The position numbers and the translations under genes are program-made. Shown one piece after another: positions 1-11,662 of a stretch of DNA of 64,000 nucleotides; position 1 is the stretch's first letter; each line of letters opens with the position of its first letter. The notes beneath the pieces were generated by a model. It saw only the letters and a program-made list of their open reading frames with translations, did not search any database and was not told the DNA's origin. The stretch is taken from NCBI GenBank assembly GCA_963753345.1, contig CAVWBU010000049.1:32001-96000 (forward strand), given 5' to 3'. The stretch is from an uncultured Fibrobacterota bacterium (GTDB lineage Bacteria; Fibrobacterota; Chitinivibrionia; Chitinivibrionales; FEN-1185).

Positions 1-1
1 C

Positions 2-709
2 GCCACCTATGTAAAGATGAAGGGCAATGCCTGCTCGCGCGTGGGCATGCAGTCGAAAAAAGTGGAGCTTCCGGATTCAACGACCACGGAACAGCTGATT
101 GCCGCGATAGACGCGCTCAACAGGGACAAGAAGGTTCACGGCATCCTCCTGCAGCATCCGGTGCCCCGGCACATTGACGAACGGAAATGCTTTGAGGCCA
201 TTGCGCTTTCCAAGGATGTTGACGGCGTGACGTGCCTCGGGTTCGGCCGCATGGCCATGGGCGAGGCTGCGTACGGCTCCTGCACACCCGGGGGAATCAT
301 GTCACTGCTCGACCACTATAAAATCCCCCTGGCCGGCGCGCATGCCGTGGTGGTGGGCCGCAGCCCCATTCTGGGCAAGCCCATGGCGTTAATGCTCCTT
401 AACAAACACGCAACAGTCACTATTTGTCATTCGAGAACAAAGGACTTGCCCGCCATCGTGCATACCGCCGACATCGTGGTCGGCGCCGTGGGAAAACCCG
501 AATTCATCCGGGCCGAATGGATACGGCCGGGCGCGGTTATCGTTGACGCAGGATATCATCCCGGCAAGGTGGGCGACGTCGACCTCAAGAACGCCGCCGC
601 GCTCTCCAGCGCCTACACGCCCGTGCCCGGCGGCGTGGGCCCGATGACCATAGCAACACTTATGAGGCAGACCGTTGAGGCGGCGGAAAAAGCGGCGGGA
701 ATTTCTTGA
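2..709 (+). CDS. folD: Bifunctional methylenetetrahydrofolate dehydrogenase/cyclohydrolase (5'-truncated by the window edge)
   Basis: [26 protein letters not shown] and [11 protein letters not shown] motifs; frame open from position 2. Confidence 0.97.
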   Translation, partial: ATYVKMKGNACSRVGMQSKKVELPDSTTTEQLIAAIDALNRDKKVHGILLQHPVPRHIDERKCFEAIALSKDVDGVTCLGFGRMAMGEAAYGSCTPGGIMSLLDHYKIPLAGAHAVVVGRSPILGKPMALMLLNKHATVTICHSRTKDLPAIVHTADIVVGAVGKPEFIRAEWIRPGAVIVDAGYHPGKVGDVDLKNAAALSSAYTPVPGGVGPMTIATLMRQTVEAAEKAAGIS

Positions 710-737
710 ATCGATAGCAATTGAAAAATATCTATCT

Positions 738-1138
738 GGTGGGGGAGGTTTCCCCCTCGCTCCGGCCTCCTCGGCCTTTGGCCTGCGGTGTCCTTCGCTA
801 CCCCCTCCTGGGTAGCCGCCTTGATAAAGCAGTTGCAAGACCAGGCATTGTTGTGGCGGCACCCACGAGCGATATCCAAGAAAAGTTGAAAGTTGACAGT
901 TGGCAGTTGACAGCAGGACTGGGAAAAGAAAATCCGAGTTTGTTTTGAGTGTTCCGATTGGCGCAATAATAAAGCTAGACTGAATAGACTTCTTCTGCCG
1001 CGCGTTAGGTGGACCGGAGGGTGCGCCAGAGCGCATTGTCGCCTGATCCCCAGCCGAAGGCGATAGGGACAGGCGGCAACGAGGCCGAAGGGACGAGCCC
1101 GGAGGGAGACCGGCCCGAACGTAGCGAGGGCAACGCCC
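738..1138. repeat. Composite structured intergenic element: unit A (738-865), AGTTGAC-type heptamers (884-914), unit B (1002-1138, +)
   Basis: Near-collinear with 11232-11634 and with the reverse complement of 5929-6346. Confidence 0.92.
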
Positions 1139-1192
1139 TGCTTTTATCTCGCTTTGTAAAGCGGTGCCCCCACCAGGATTTGATCTTCTTCT

Positions 1193-1927
1193 TTATATCC
1201 GCACCATCATCGCCAGCCCAATCGCCTTATAGAGCGCCTTCACAAGCGGGGGCGCCCAGAAGCGTTTGGCGTACTTTACGATGTCCTTGTCCGGGTGTTT
1301 CTCTTTCTTGAAAAGCGAATACAAAAACGGCCGGTCGGTGTTGCTTTTCCCCGTTCGTTCGTACACGAGCCGTCCGGTCCTGTCCCAGACCTGCACGTGG
1401 AAGCTCGTCTTTGCGGTGCAGGTAACGGGCCGTTCGTACCCCGGGCCGAACCTGTCGTTGCGCCATCCCGCCGGCTTGATCGTGACCTGCCGTATGGTGA
1501 GGGAATACGGAATCACAACAAGGTCCGCGTTGTATTTGTCGGCGAGCTGATGCACGCGTCCTGAGACACGCTGCAGGAAAGCAGTGTCGCGGTCGAGCCG
1601 CGAGTACCCTGTCCGCGGGAATAGGGCGAGCGAGTCGGATTCGTCGCGCTTGGGTGCGCTGCAGGTCCTGAAATTCTTCGAGACTTCGTAGGCGAGCAGG
1701 CGGTTGGCCGCTTCAACGAAGAATGAATCGGGAAACAACGTGTCGGGCGACGAGGTTGTGTTGTCAACGTACGTCACGCGCAGGCTGTCGAGCGGGATGC
1801 ACAGGGCCGTCTTGCCCCGGTCGAGAAGCATGTTCGAAGGATCGCTTGTGTAAGTTGCCATGCGGCCGGCGCAGCCGGATAGAACCAGCGCGGCGGCAAG
1901 GATAACGGAGAGGGAAATTTGTTTCAT
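1193..1927 (-). CDS. Hypothetical lipoprotein
   Basis: MKQISLSVILAAALVLSGC lipobox signal; start re-set to this Met. Confidence 0.75.
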   Translation of the reverse strand: MKQISLSVILAAALVLSGCAGRMATYTSDPSNMLLDRGKTALCIPLDSLRVTYVDNTTSSPDTLFPDSFFVEAANRLLAYEVSKNFRTCSAPKRDESDSLALFPRTGYSRLDRDTAFLQRVSGRVHQLADKYNADLVVIPYSLTIRQVTIKPAGWRNDRFGPGYERPVTCTAKTSFHVQVWDRTGRLVYERTGKSNTDRPFLYSLFKKEKHPDKDIVKYAKRFWAPPLVKALYKAIGLAMMVRI

Positions 1928-2092
1928 ACTTGTCCGGTTTGCAGTGGGTGAGGGCCGAATATGTATTTTCCTAACGTATGCCATCAATGGAAAGATAGAT
2001 GATCGGCCAGGGTTGCCGGTATCGGGGACTTACGAGCATGGGTTTTCGGAATCTCTGCGTATGAGCCATCCATGCGGCGCCTTTGTTTCGCC

Positions 2093-2132
2093 AACCCATC
2101 AATCAATCAACTCATGAATCCATCAACCCATT
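2093..2132. repeat. Degenerate octamer tandem repeat (AAYCMATC-like, x5)
   Basis: aacccatc aatcaatc aactcatg aatccatc aacccatt. Confidence 0.6.
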
Positions 2133-2166
2133 CACGCTGGCTTTCCTTTAGAGAAAGGAGTGGCCT

Positions 2167-2940
2167 ATGAACAAACAAATGGTGACGCTGTTTTCGGTTG
2201 TGTGTGCCGCAATTGTCGTCGCGGTGATCGTTTTCGCCGTGGTGCCGAAGAAGGCCGCCCAGTCGGGCGCCAAGTCGGGACAGACCCTGGAGCAATCGGG
2301 CCAGTTCGATGCCGCGATGTCGGCCTATGCGTCCGCGCTTGTAAAGCTTTCGGAAGGCCGCCGCTTTACCGGCATTCCCGACAATACCACTGCCGCCAAC
2401 CTCAAGCCTCAAACCTGGGAAAAGCCCATTGCCGATTTCGTGGACTGGCTCAACGCAGGCGGAAAGGCCACCCCGGAGGTTGCAGATCTTATCGGGGGGC
2501 TTGAACGCTGCATGCCGAAGGTGAAATACGAGAATTTCGTTTTCGATTTTAAGATGAAGAAGGCCTCGGCGGCCGATTATGCCGCTGTGTGGCGCCAGGT
2601 GTTTTGTCCCGAGGGAACGTGTCCGCCCGCCGTGATCGAAAAGGCGTTTGCCCAGAGCGACGTTATCGTCACGCTGCGGGGCAACAACATATATTCGTAT
2701 TTGGTAAGCCTTGTCAACGGCGAATCCGGCAAGCGCACCGATGTCCCCGTCGAGCAGGACATGACCCCTTCGTTTCTCGCAAAGCCGGGCAAGTACTGCC
2801 TTGTCATCAAAAGCACCACCATGTTCAAGGACAAACGCGAGTGGGTCTCCGGCCAGGAGGCCGTGACGTTTGTTGTGCCCGATTCCGTTACCGTGATGTC
2901 GGCGCTCTTGAGGACCGAGGTGGGCAGGGTGGCAAGGTAA
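2167..2940 (+). CDS. Hypothetical protein with N-terminal membrane anchor
   Basis: AGGAG RBS, hydrophobic N-terminus, 257-aa ORF. Confidence 0.75.
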   Translation: MNKQMVTLFSVVCAAIVVAVIVFAVVPKKAAQSGAKSGQTLEQSGQFDAAMSAYASALVKLSEGRRFTGIPDNTTAANLKPQTWEKPIADFVDWLNAGGKATPEVADLIGGLERCMPKVKYENFVFDFKMKKASAADYAAVWRQVFCPEGTCPPAVIEKAFAQSDVIVTLRGNNIYSYLVSLVNGESGKRTDVPVEQDMTPSFLAKPGKYCLVIKSTTMFKDKREWVSGQEAVTFVVPDSVTVMSALLRTEVGRVAR

Positions 2941-3292
2941 TTATCAAAGTTGAAAGTTTAAAGTTTAAAGTTGAAAGGAGATCGCGTAAGTATCCCTGTG
3001 CCGCGACTCTCCCGTGTCAGGCCATCACCCTTGGACACGCTCAGGGTGAGCGATATTTCAGAATCTATCTGAGGATTGTAACCGCCTTTCAACCAAGATA
3101 TCTCCATCAATTCCTCACAATACAAATCTTTCTCCCGCCCCTAGCGGAATTTATTTTGTTAGGCCGTTTGATCATGGTTCTTGCGCACCCCGCGGATAGG
3201 CCCTATGGCAGTACTCATTGCAGTCCCCCGAATCATTACCTCCGATCACATTTTCGCGTTTTATATTCACACTCAACTGAGGAGAGGCTAGA

Positions 3293-5338
3293 ATGAATCA
3301 CATCACCTTGTTTGCTCTCGGGGCGGGCGTCCTGGGAGTACTGTATGCCCTCATTACCGCCGGATGGATCATGAAGCAGCCGAGCGGTTCCGACCGCATG
3401 AGGCAGATTTCCGACGCTGTCCGCGAAGGAGCCTCCGCGTTTCTCAACCGTGAATACCGTACCGTTGCAATGGTCGCGGTGGTCATGGTCATCCTTCTGT
3501 ATTTTCTCGGACTGTGGACCGCGGTTGGTTTCATCATCGGCACGGTCGGATCTGCCCTTGCCGGATACATCGGCATGATGGTGACGGTCCGCTCAAACGT
3601 GAGGACCGCGGAAGCCGCGAAAGGCGGGCTGCAAAAGGCCCTCACCCTGGCGTTTAAAGGCGGATCCGTAACAGGTCTCATGGTTGTCGGTCTCGGGCTT
3701 CTTGGCGTTACCGGTTACTATCTCCTTATGAAGCACATTCCCGGCATCACCGTTGACGACAGGTTCCACGCGCTTGTCGGGCTCGGGTTCGGCTGTTCGC
3801 TCATGAGCGTGTTCGCGCGTATCGCGGGCGGCATCTACACCAAGGCCGCCGACGTGGGCGCAGACCTTGTCGGAAAAGTCGAAGCCGGAATTCCCGAAGA
3901 CGATCCCCGCAATCCCGCGGTGATCGCGGACAACGTGGGCGACAACGTGGGCGACTGCGCGGGAATGGCCGCCGATCTGTACGAAACCTACACGGTGACC
4001 ATCGTTGCCGCGATCCTTCTTGCAAAAACGGTGTTCGGCGCGGACAGCATGTGGGTTGAATTCCCGCTGCTCATCGGCGGCATCTCCATCATCGCATCGA
4101 TCATCGGCACCTTCTTTGTCAAGATGGGGAAGAAGCAGTACATCATGGGCGCGCTGTACAAGGGACTGGCGGTTTCCGGCGTGCTTGCCGCGGTCGCCTT
4201 TTACTTTGTTTCCGACATTTTCATAAAGCAACTTCCCGCGGACCAGCAGGTCTTCTCGGCAATGAACGTGTTCTGCATGGCGATTATCGGCCTTGTTCTC
4301 ACGGGCCTCATCGTGATGATCACCGAATACTTCACCTCCACGAGTTTCAGTCCCGTCAAGCATATCGCGGCCGCAAGCCAGACAGGCCACGCCACGAATA
4401 TCATCGCAGGTCTTGCGGTGTCCATGAAGTCAACCGCGCTTCCGGCCCTGGTCATCAGCGCCGCGATCCTTGGAGCTTTTGCTCTTGGAAACGGGTTCCA
4501 GAACGCGGCAGCAGGCCTTTTCGCCATTGCGCTTTCCGCGGTTGCAATGCTGTCAATGACCGGCATCATCGTCGCCATCGACTCCTACGGCCCGATCACC
4601 GACAACGCGGGCGGCATTGCGGAGATGGCCGAGCTGCCCGAGGCGGTGCGGAACATCACCGACCCGCTCGACGCGGTGGGCAACACCACCAAGGCGGTGA
4701 CAAAAGGGTATGCGATCGGTTCGGCGGCCCTTGCGGCGCTCGTGCTGTTCGCGGAATTCTCGCGCTCGTTCGGCGGCGTCATCGCGTTTGACCTGTCCGA
4801 CCCGAGGGTGCTGGTGGGCCTGTTCATCGGCGGGCTTCTGCCCTTCTACTTCGGTTCGCTCCTCATGGAAGCCGTGGGCACGGCAGCCGGCGGCGTCGTC
4901 GAGGAAGTGCGGCGCCAGTTCAAGGCGTTCCCGGGCATCATGAAAGGCACCCAGAAGCCGCAGTACGGCACCTGCGTTGACATTGTGACAAAAGGCGCGA
5001 TCAAGCAGATGATGCTGCCAGCGCTCATTCCCGTTGCGGCGCCCATCCTTGTCGGGTTTGTCCTCGGCAAAGAAGCGCTCGGCGGCGTGCTCATCGGCGC
5101 GATCGTGACCGGCCTGTTCCAGGCAATCGCCATGACCAGCGGCGGCGGCGCATGGGACAATGCAAAGAAGTTCATCGAGAACGGCGCGTTCGGCGGCAAA
5201 GGCTCGGATGCGCACAAAGCTGCGGTCACCGGCGACACCGTGGGCGACCCCTACAAAGACACGGCAGGCCCGGCCATCAACCCGATGATCAAGGTGGTCA
5301 ACATCGTCGCGCTGCTTATTGTCCCGCTTATCAAGTAG
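3293..5338 (+). CDS. hppA: Membrane-bound H+-translocating pyrophosphatase, probably K+-independent
   Basis: [20 protein letters not shown] and [10 protein letters not shown] motifs; GNTTKA has the Lys typical of K+-independent enzymes. Confidence 0.96.
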   Translation: MNHITLFALGAGVLGVLYALITAGWIMKQPSGSDRMRQISDAVREGASAFLNREYRTVAMVAVVMVILLYFLGLWTAVGFIIGTVGSALAGYIGMMVTVRSNVRTAEAAKGGLQKALTLAFKGGSVTGLMVVGLGLLGVTGYYLLMKHIPGITVDDRFHALVGLGFGCSLMSVFARIAGGIYTKAADVGADLVGKVEAGIPEDDPRNPAVIADNVGDNVGDCAGMAADLYETYTVTIVAAILLAKTVFGADSMWVEFPLLIGGISIIASIIGTFFVKMGKKQYIMGALYKGLAVSGVLAAVAFYFVSDIFIKQLPADQQVFSAMNVFCMAIIGLVLTGLIVMITEYFTSTSFSPVKHIAAASQTGHATNIIAGLAVSMKSTALPALVISAAILGAFALGNGFQNAAAGLFAIALSAVAMLSMTGIIVAIDSYGPITDNAGGIAEMAELPEAVRNITDPLDAVGNTTKAVTKGYAIGSAALAALVLFAEFSRSFGGVIAFDLSDPRVLVGLFIGGLLPFYFGSLLMEAVGTAAGGVVEEVRRQFKAFPGIMKGTQKPQYGTCVDIVTKGAIKQMMLPALIPVAAPILVGFVLGKEALGGVLIGAIVTGLFQAIAMTSGGGAWDNAKKFIENGAFGGKGSDAHKAAVTGDTVGDPYKDTAGPAINPMIKVVNIVALLIVPLIK

Positions 5339-5362
5339 GCCCTTTTTTCGGAATGTAGGAAG

Positions 5363-5395
5363 CAAAGGCAGGGAGCGCGTGTCCCTGCCTTTTGT
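5363..5395 (+). terminator. Putative intrinsic terminator after hppA
   Basis: aaaggcaggga...tccctgcctttt stem-loop. Confidence 0.6.
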
Positions 5396-5419
5396 CATTC
5401 GGCGGCCCGGAGAATGCAC

Positions 5420-5902
5420 ATGAGGCTTGAGACGAAAACGGTGTCGATTTCGAGGCAGGATTTCTTCCGCATTCTGATGCGGAGAGCCTATGCGGGCAGG
5501 TGGTCGCTGTGGATAATACTCACGGTCCTTGCGGGAGTCGGTATTTCCACGGCCATCTCAAAGGGAGACTTTTTGATTCTGGTGCTGGTGATTATTCTCG
5601 TCGCCGCATTCTTCGCGTACACGCCCATCTCGATTGTGCGGTATGTCAACTCTCCGGAGACGGCAAACTTCTACGCGAAACGCAAGTACATCATCACCGA
5701 CGACACGCTCACCGTGGTGCTCGAAAGCGGCACGGCCACCGAATTCGCCCTTTCGAAAATCACCAAGGCCGTGCGGTACGGCAGGTACTACCTTCTGTTT
5801 CTGTCCCCCCAGCAGTACTTCTACATTCCCGCAGATTGTTTCGCAAGCACGGAGGATACGGAGCAATTCAGCGAATTGCTGATTGAACGTGAGCTTTTGT
5901 AA
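5420..5902 (+). CDS. YcxB-family membrane protein
   Basis: Two TM helices followed by a C-terminal YYLLFLSPQQYFYIPADCF pattern. Confidence 0.7.
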   Translation: MRLETKTVSISRQDFFRILMRRAYAGRWSLWIILTVLAGVGISTAISKGDFLILVLVIILVAAFFAYTPISIVRYVNSPETANFYAKRKYIITDDTLTVVLESGTATEFALSKITKAVRYGRYYLLFLSPQQYFYIPADCFASTEDTEQFSELLIERELL

Positions 5903-5928
5903 ATAGCGAGAGCGATGAAAGAAGAGTT

Positions 5929-6346
5929 GGGCGTTCCCCTCGCCTTCGCTCGGGTTGGCCCTCCTTACGGTCTCGGCCGCCGGCCTCGGGCTGCCACGGC
6001 CCCTAGGCCGGAGTACCGGCGGGGTCCGGGCAGCATCCCGCTTTGGCGGGACCTCCAGTCCGGCCTAACGCAGCGGCAGAAGAAATCTCATTAGTCAATC
6101 TTATTTCTCCGCCATCCAGAATCCCACATTATCCGACAAAGATTCTTCTTGCTTTCAACTGTCAACCGACAACTGCCAACTTTCAACTCTGTTTCTCGGT
6201 GCCGCCACAACAATGTAGGGTTTTGCAGCTGCTTTGTCAAGGCGGCCACCCAGGAGGGGGTAGCGGAGGACCGGCCGCGCACTCCAGAATACCTGTTTAT
6301 CAATGAGCGCAACCGGGCCGTAGCGAGGGGGAAACCTCCCCCACCC
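5929..6346. repeat. Composite element, inverted: unit B (5929-6071, -), heptamers (6151-6188), unit A (6196-6346)
   Basis: Reverse complement of the 738-1138 architecture, with variant arms. Confidence 0.92.
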
Positions 6347-6375
6347 AGATCATTTTAGAAACTCACTATTTATCG

Positions 6376-7941
6376 CTATTCCTGCTTCTCCTTGTCTCTT
6401 TTCTCCTCCGCCTCGTGCCGTTTTTGTTCCTCGTCCGATTCGCCGGAGACAGTGGAACCGGAATGATTGTTCTTGTCGATGCGCTCATGATGCCCCTCCT
6501 CACCCTGCTGAGCGCTTTCGTGCCCGGGACGACCCGGGTGCGCGGGGGATTGTTCCGGCGGCGGAGTCCACTTCTCCACCTTCTCCGCGTGCTGCCTCGA
6601 CTGCTGCGCCTTGACACCCGCCGCGGCAGCCTCCGCCCTGAGCGATTCGCGTTTGTTCTGGTCTTTTTCCAGCATCGCGGCCTGTTCGAGCTGCTTGCGG
6701 CGGTTGTCCTGCGCCTCGGCTTCCTGGCGCGATTTACGGGCCACGGAGGCCGCGGCATCCGCCTGGCGCTTCTGCATCGCCTGGAACCGTGCCTCCTGCG
6801 GCTGCGGCGGAGCGGGCGTCCTCAGGTGCGGCGTCCGTTCAATCCGTTGCTTTACAACAAGCGGAGATTCGGGCGCGCCCGGGGCGATGGGCGGCTTGAA
6901 GAGGATGAGTCCCCTGGCGCTCACGCCGCCGGCGGGCACGGGCTGGCCTGGCCTGATGTCGGCCGCAACAATCGGAACGGGCCGCACAGCGGTATTCGTC
7001 ACCCGGGCCACGAACTCCGGCGCAGGTCCCTTATTGACAATCCGGTTTTCCACCGTAACGTAGTTGCTCTTGACAACGGCGGAGGCGCCGAACACCCGGG
7101 GCAAAAGCGGCGGCGGCACCGCATGGCGCTGCGGCTCAGCATCGCAGAAGTGCCTGTTGTCGACAAAGCAGTAATCGTTGAGGGAGAGTTCGAACTCGAA
7201 GCCCGCCGAAACCTGCCTTTCCCCATAGAAGAATCCCTGGTTGCGGACAAACCGCGCCCTGGGCGGCAGCGGCGCCCAGCCGAAATACTGCGGGCTGGTG
7301 CGCCACGACACCCACGCCGGCCCCCACTCGTTGTCCGGCACCCAGAGCCAGCCGCGCTCGCGGTTGCGAAACCATCGGCCGTAATGGAACGGCGCCCATC
7401 CCCACGCATAATCCGAGACCCATGTCCATCCCCAGTCGGTGTACACCCAGTGACCGTGACTGCAATACGGGGTCCAGTCCGGTTCAACATCGGCCGCGCT
7501 CGGGCGCCAGCACCAGGTGCCGTCGACATTGAGCCACGTGCCGTAGGGATACATCGCTTCATAGAAGGAGGATACATTCATGTCCTTTTGCGGAGGCGCC
7601 ATTGCCTCGGGCGGGGGCGATTCCTGAGCGGATTCCACGCGGCCGTTGCCGCGGTTGTGGTGCATGGCCTCGGTGATCACCTGCGGCGAAACGCCGAGAT
7701 TCTTGAGGGTGACGATGTCGTCGGCCGTAAGGTCGAATTCGTCGGGCGACTGGTCGATGAAGGTGATCATTACCTCTTCGTCAACGCCCGACTGGGCGAG
7801 CCTGATGAGCTCGTCGGTCTCGTCTGCAGAGGCTCGTGCGGCAAAGAGAAGAAGCGCGCCGATTGCAGCCGCGGCGAGAAAGAGATTTCTAGGGATGATT
7901 GAATAAAAAGCATGATTCGAACAGGGACGCTTGATAGGCAT
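6376..7941 (-). CDS. Secreted Trp/Pro-rich protein (DUF6600-like) with a charged low-complexity tail
   Basis: Signal peptide; WTPYCSHGHWVYTDWGWTWVSDYAWGWAPFHYGRW motif. Confidence 0.75.
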   Translation of the reverse strand: MPIKRPCSNHAFYSIIPRNLFLAAAAIGALLLFAARASADETDELIRLAQSGVDEEVMITFIDQSPDEFDLTADDIVTLKNLGVSPQVITEAMHHNRGNGRVESAQESPPPEAMAPPQKDMNVSSFYEAMYPYGTWLNVDGTWCWRPSAADVEPDWTPYCSHGHWVYTDWGWTWVSDYAWGWAPFHYGRWFRNRERGWLWVPDNEWGPAWVSWRTSPQYFGWAPLPPRARFVRNQGFFYGERQVSAGFEFELSLNDYCFVDNRHFCDAEPQRHAVPPPLLPRVFGASAVVKSNYVTVENRIVNKGPAPEFVARVTNTAVRPVPIVAADIRPGQPVPAGGVSARGLILFKPPIAPGAPESPLVVKQRIERTPHLRTPAPPQPQEARFQAMQKRQADAAASVARKSRQEAEAQDNRRKQLEQAAMLEKDQNKRESLRAEAAAAGVKAQQSRQHAEKVEKWTPPPEQSPAHPGRPGHESAQQGEEGHHERIDKNNHSGSTVSGESDEEQKRHEAEEKRDKEKQE

Positions 7942-8185
7942 AAAAGAACCTCCGTGTTTGGATCGGGATCGGGCCGTTGTCTTAAAATATAGTACGCTTG
8001 GGGAAGAGGAAATGGGGTGATGAAAATTTCGGGTGCAGGATGATGTTTGATGATGAACGGTGTCGCGAGGGGAATCAACAATTACTCGATAATGGTGCCT
8101 GCGAAGAGTTGCGGATTCAAACATGTATTTTATCTATTATTCCTAATCTTCTTGGTGTCCTCCGTGTCCCCGTGGTGAGTTTTCT

Positions 8186-9886
8186 TCAGTCCGTCATTAC
8201 AATTTTTTGCTGCCACGTTTTCCCTCCGCATACCCCGCGGATCACATGGATCCCCGGCGGAAATTCGTTATTGGCAATAAACCCGCCCGACCCGTGCACC
8301 TCCCTGCGCGCAAGCACCCGGCCGCGCAGGTCAAGGACCTCGAGCGAAAACCCCTTGGCCCACGGAGCCGAGACCGCGAACCCGCCGTGCACCTGCCGTA
8401 TCGAGATTGCCCTCGACGGATTGTCCGGGGACGCAAGCGGCACTCTCGCTGCGGTCGACGGCGTCCATTGGAACGTGATGCTCGCCTTGGAAGGCACGGT
8501 GTAGGAAAACGCCTGGCCGGCCCACACCACCTTGATCTGCCTGTCGGCGAGCGTGTCGTTGAACACGAGAAGCGCGATGGACTTGTCGGGATTGACAAAT
8601 GCAACGTTGAGGAGCTGCGTGTAATAGGTGGAGAAGATCCGCCAGGCGCCGTTGGCCACGAACTTGGTGATGTGGCCGAGGTCGTAGTAATCGATCCGGA
8701 AATCGACCGTGCCGCGCTTCTGCGCGTCGTAGCGCCACACTTTGATGAGGCCGCGGCACCCGTCGCAGCCGCCCACGTGCGGGCCGAAGTCTTCGTCGGT
8801 GGCCACCGGCCACTTTACAAAGGATTTTGCATAGTTGCGGATGACCGAAACGATCTTCTGCATGTCGGCTTCCTGCTGCGCCTGGCCTTCGGTGAACCCC
8901 GACCATTCGGTGAAAAAGATGTTGTAATGGTACTGGTCGTAAACGTCGGTCTGGACCGTGGTGCTCCCGCCGTACCCGTGAAACGCCACTCCTCCGATGT
9001 ACGGGCTGTTCTGGATCTGCGGGTCGGGCAGGAACGGCTCGACCAGGCTGACGTGATCGGGGTTGAAATCCAGCAGAAGAATCTTGGTGGTGAGGCTCTC
9101 GCGCGCGAACGCGGGGAGCCAGAAGCCGGTGAGCATGGTGTGCATCGCATCGGCGCCCATCACCGACACCGACGGGTAGTCGATAGAGTCGCAGCACGAC
9201 GGCTCGTTGTTGAGCGTCACGTAATTGACATGCACGCTTTCGGCCTCGTAGGCCCTGATCGTCTTGACGTAGTAGTTTGCGTGGTGGCCGTAGTACGCGG
9301 GAAGGATTTCGCCCATCACGAGACTGTTGTTCGATTTCATCCAGGCAGGCGGGCTCCAGGCGTTCATCTGCAGCGTGAGCGCAGGGTTGAGGCGCCGCGC
9401 CTGCTTGGTGAGCGGCAGCACGTCGGCGCGGTCGTGGTCGATGGAAAAATGGGGGAGCGTGGAGTCGTCCCGGTCGGCGGGGTTGTCGTCGTACGTGTAG
9501 CGCGCGACCGTGAGATCCGACGATCCCATGGGGTTGCGGAGGTAGCTCACGCCGATTCCTTTGTCGCGATCGAAGAGCGCGGTCATCACGCTGTCGCGCA
9601 ATTCCGGTTTGACAACGCTGTCGATGAGCCATGCCGCCGCGTCGGTGAGCGACGCGCCGGCGCCTTCCCATTGCTGGTAGCATAGTTTGTCGTTCACGAC
9701 GATGGGCGTGAGCGGGGCCGACGTGTCGGAAGAGAAGACGGCCGAATCGGCGGGCGCAAGGCCCTGCACCACCGAGGATGCGGTGGTGGTGGTGATCCAG
9801 GCGCGGACGGTCTCGTCGGCCGAATTAACAGATGAGAAAATGGCGCACACAAGGACGAATGCGGAAACGGGTGCGGTCAGGCGCAT
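8186..9886 (-). CDS. GH30 glycoside hydrolase with C-terminal sorting-type domain
   Basis: GAGASLTD, LRNPMGSSD, WSPPAWMK, NNEP and FTE motifs. Confidence 0.88.
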   Translation of the reverse strand: MRLTAPVSAFVLVCAIFSSVNSADETVRAWITTTTASSVVQGLAPADSAVFSSDTSAPLTPIVVNDKLCYQQWEGAGASLTDAAAWLIDSVVKPELRDSVMTALFDRDKGIGVSYLRNPMGSSDLTVARYTYDDNPADRDDSTLPHFSIDHDRADVLPLTKQARRLNPALTLQMNAWSPPAWMKSNNSLVMGEILPAYYGHHANYYVKTIRAYEAESVHVNYVTLNNEPSCCDSIDYPSVSVMGADAMHTMLTGFWLPAFARESLTTKILLLDFNPDHVSLVEPFLPDPQIQNSPYIGGVAFHGYGGSTTVQTDVYDQYHYNIFFTEWSGFTEGQAQQEADMQKIVSVIRNYAKSFVKWPVATDEDFGPHVGGCDGCRGLIKVWRYDAQKRGTVDFRIDYYDLGHITKFVANGAWRIFSTYYTQLLNVAFVNPDKSIALLVFNDTLADRQIKVVWAGQAFSYTVPSKASITFQWTPSTAARVPLASPDNPSRAISIRQVHGGFAVSAPWAKGFSLEVLDLRGRVLARREVHGSGGFIANNEFPPGIHVIRGVCGGKTWQQKIVMTD

Positions 9887-9981
9887 GGATGCGGCATAAC
9901 TCCCGGCTGCGGTGGCGAAAGGCTTTTCCGGCCTATTGAAAATAGTGCACGGCGGGCGGCATCGGACAGCGGGAAGCGTTG

Positions 9982-11022
9982 CTACTGCCGCACGACGATG
10001 CGGCGGCCCGCCTCGCCGAAGACGCCGCGCACGGACGCGAGGTAAACGCCGGGCGCAAGCGACCGCAGGTCGAGCGAAAAAGACCGCGCAACGCCGCGGC
10101 TGGAAAGCACGCGCCGGCCATCGATGCACACGACCTCTGCCGCATAGGCCTGCTCGGACGGAAGCTCGACCGAAAGCCGCGAGCCGAGATTCGTGACGCC
10201 GGCCGCGGGCGCGCTTCGGCGTGCCGCCGCAGGCACGCCGACGTTTATGGTGGGGTCCCAATTGTAAACACGGACGTAATCCACGACAAGGCTTTCCGGA
10301 AAGATGGTGGAGTTGTCGATGTTGCCGTCGAAGTTACCGCCCACCGCAAGGTTCAGAATAAAGTAATATTGTTTGTCGAACGGGACGTTGGGGTGGGCGT
10401 CTTTGGTGAGAGTCCCGAAATACACGCTGTCGCAAAACCAGCGTATCGAATCGGTGCTCCATTCGACGCCGTAAAGGTGAAAGCTGTCGTGGACGTTCCC
10501 CTTCGGCAGCGTGTACTGGTTAAAGAGGTCGTAATTGGTGCAATGATACGATCCAGACGTCCAGTTCGGCAGACGGCCCTTGCCTTCCATTATGTCAATT
10601 TCTCCGCAGGCCGGCCATCCGCCGCCCACGCCGAGCATCCAGAACGCGGGCCACATGCCCTGGGTGATAGGCAGGCGCATGCGCGCTTCCATGCGTCCGT
10701 ACATGAATGTTTGCTTCCCCGAACTTTGAATCTTGCCGGAGGTAATTTCCCCGGAGTTTGTTGTCTCGAGGATCAAGCAGCCGTTCTTGACGAACACGTT
10801 CGATCCTGCCTTGTCGTGTCCGGCGGTGTAATGTTCCTGTTCGGCATTAGGAGGATTGTCCGTTTGCTGCACCGTCCAGTTTGCCTCGTTGAGCGCGGTA
10901 CTGTCGAATTCGTCGGACCAGAAAAGCTTCCAGCCGCCGGCAATAGCGTTTGTCAAGATGACAGCCACCAGGAGCGCTGCGGTGCGCAACGCTTCAGTTT
11001 TCAAAGATGTCCCACGGAACAT
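9982..11022 (-). CDS. GH16 beta-glucanase with C-terminal sorting-type domain
   Basis: WSDEFD, WPAFWMLG, EIDIME catalytic motif, LNLAVGG. Confidence 0.93.
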   Translation of the reverse strand: MFRGTSLKTEALRTAALLVAVILTNAIAGGWKLFWSDEFDSTALNEANWTVQQTDNPPNAEQEHYTAGHDKAGSNVFVKNGCLILETTNSGEITSGKIQSSGKQTFMYGRMEARMRLPITQGMWPAFWMLGVGGGWPACGEIDIMEGKGRLPNWTSGSYHCTNYDLFNQYTLPKGNVHDSFHLYGVEWSTDSIRWFCDSVYFGTLTKDAHPNVPFDKQYYFILNLAVGGNFDGNIDNSTIFPESLVVDYVRVYNWDPTINVGVPAAARRSAPAAGVTNLGSRLSVELPSEQAYAAEVVCIDGRRVLSSRGVARSFSLDLRSLAPGVYLASVRGVFGEAGRRIVVRQ

Positions 11023-11231
11023 TTCAACCGCCTGTTCTACTCCCCAGATGAGTTGTTAAACGCTTAGAATTCGAAAACGGTCAATACCCTCTAATAATAA
11101 GGATAATCGTCGTTGTTTGCCCTAAGAATCTGATCGGCGCGCAAGAATACTCCGTGAAATGCTGCACAGATAGTTAGTGCATAATGGACTTGAGTTGAAA
11201 CTAGGGATACATGTCTTAGAAGAGTCTTTAT

Positions 11232-11634
11232 GGGGGGAGGTATCCCCCTCGCTTCGGCCTCCTCGGCCTTTGGCCTGCGGTATCCTACGCTACCCCCTCG
11301 TGGGTAGCCCCCAAGAAAGTTGATTTGCGAGAAAGAAACTTCGGCTGCGGGGGCACCGAGAAGAATAGTTGAAAGTTGACAGTTGGCAGTTGACAGCAGG
11401 ATTGGGGAAAAGTTCCTGGTTTGTATTGAGTATTCCGATTGGCGCAATAAAAAACCAGCCTGAATAGACTTCTTCTGCCGCGCGTTAGGTGGACCGGAGT
11501 GGTCCCGTCATAGCGGGATTGCCGGCCGACCCCCGGCCGAAGGCCATCGGGGCGGTCCGGCAACGAGGCGAATAGCCGAGCCCGGAGGGAGACCGACCCT
11601 TGCCTTCGTTTTAACGAAGGCAAGGGGAACGCCC
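11232..11634. repeat. Composite element: unit A (11232-11358), heptamers (11367-11397), unit B (11482-11634, +)
   Basis: Closely matches 738-1138, including the linker. Confidence 0.92.
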
Positions 11635-11662
11635 AAGATCTCTCGTTATCTCAAGAGAAAGT

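Noticed and set aside
738-865. Unit A as an HDV-like ribozyme (CCTCCTCG / CCCCTCGTGGG resemblance)
   Set aside because: I could not assemble the nested double pseudoknot consistently across copies. A covariance-model test is needed.
389-1311. ORFs overlapping the repeats (also 6043-6358, 11091-11623, 18770-19062, 20836-21288, 47740-48291, 51756-52063)
   Set aside because: They are translations of GC-rich repeat DNA, and the frames are not preserved between copies. Several also produce false N-terminal extensions of real genes.
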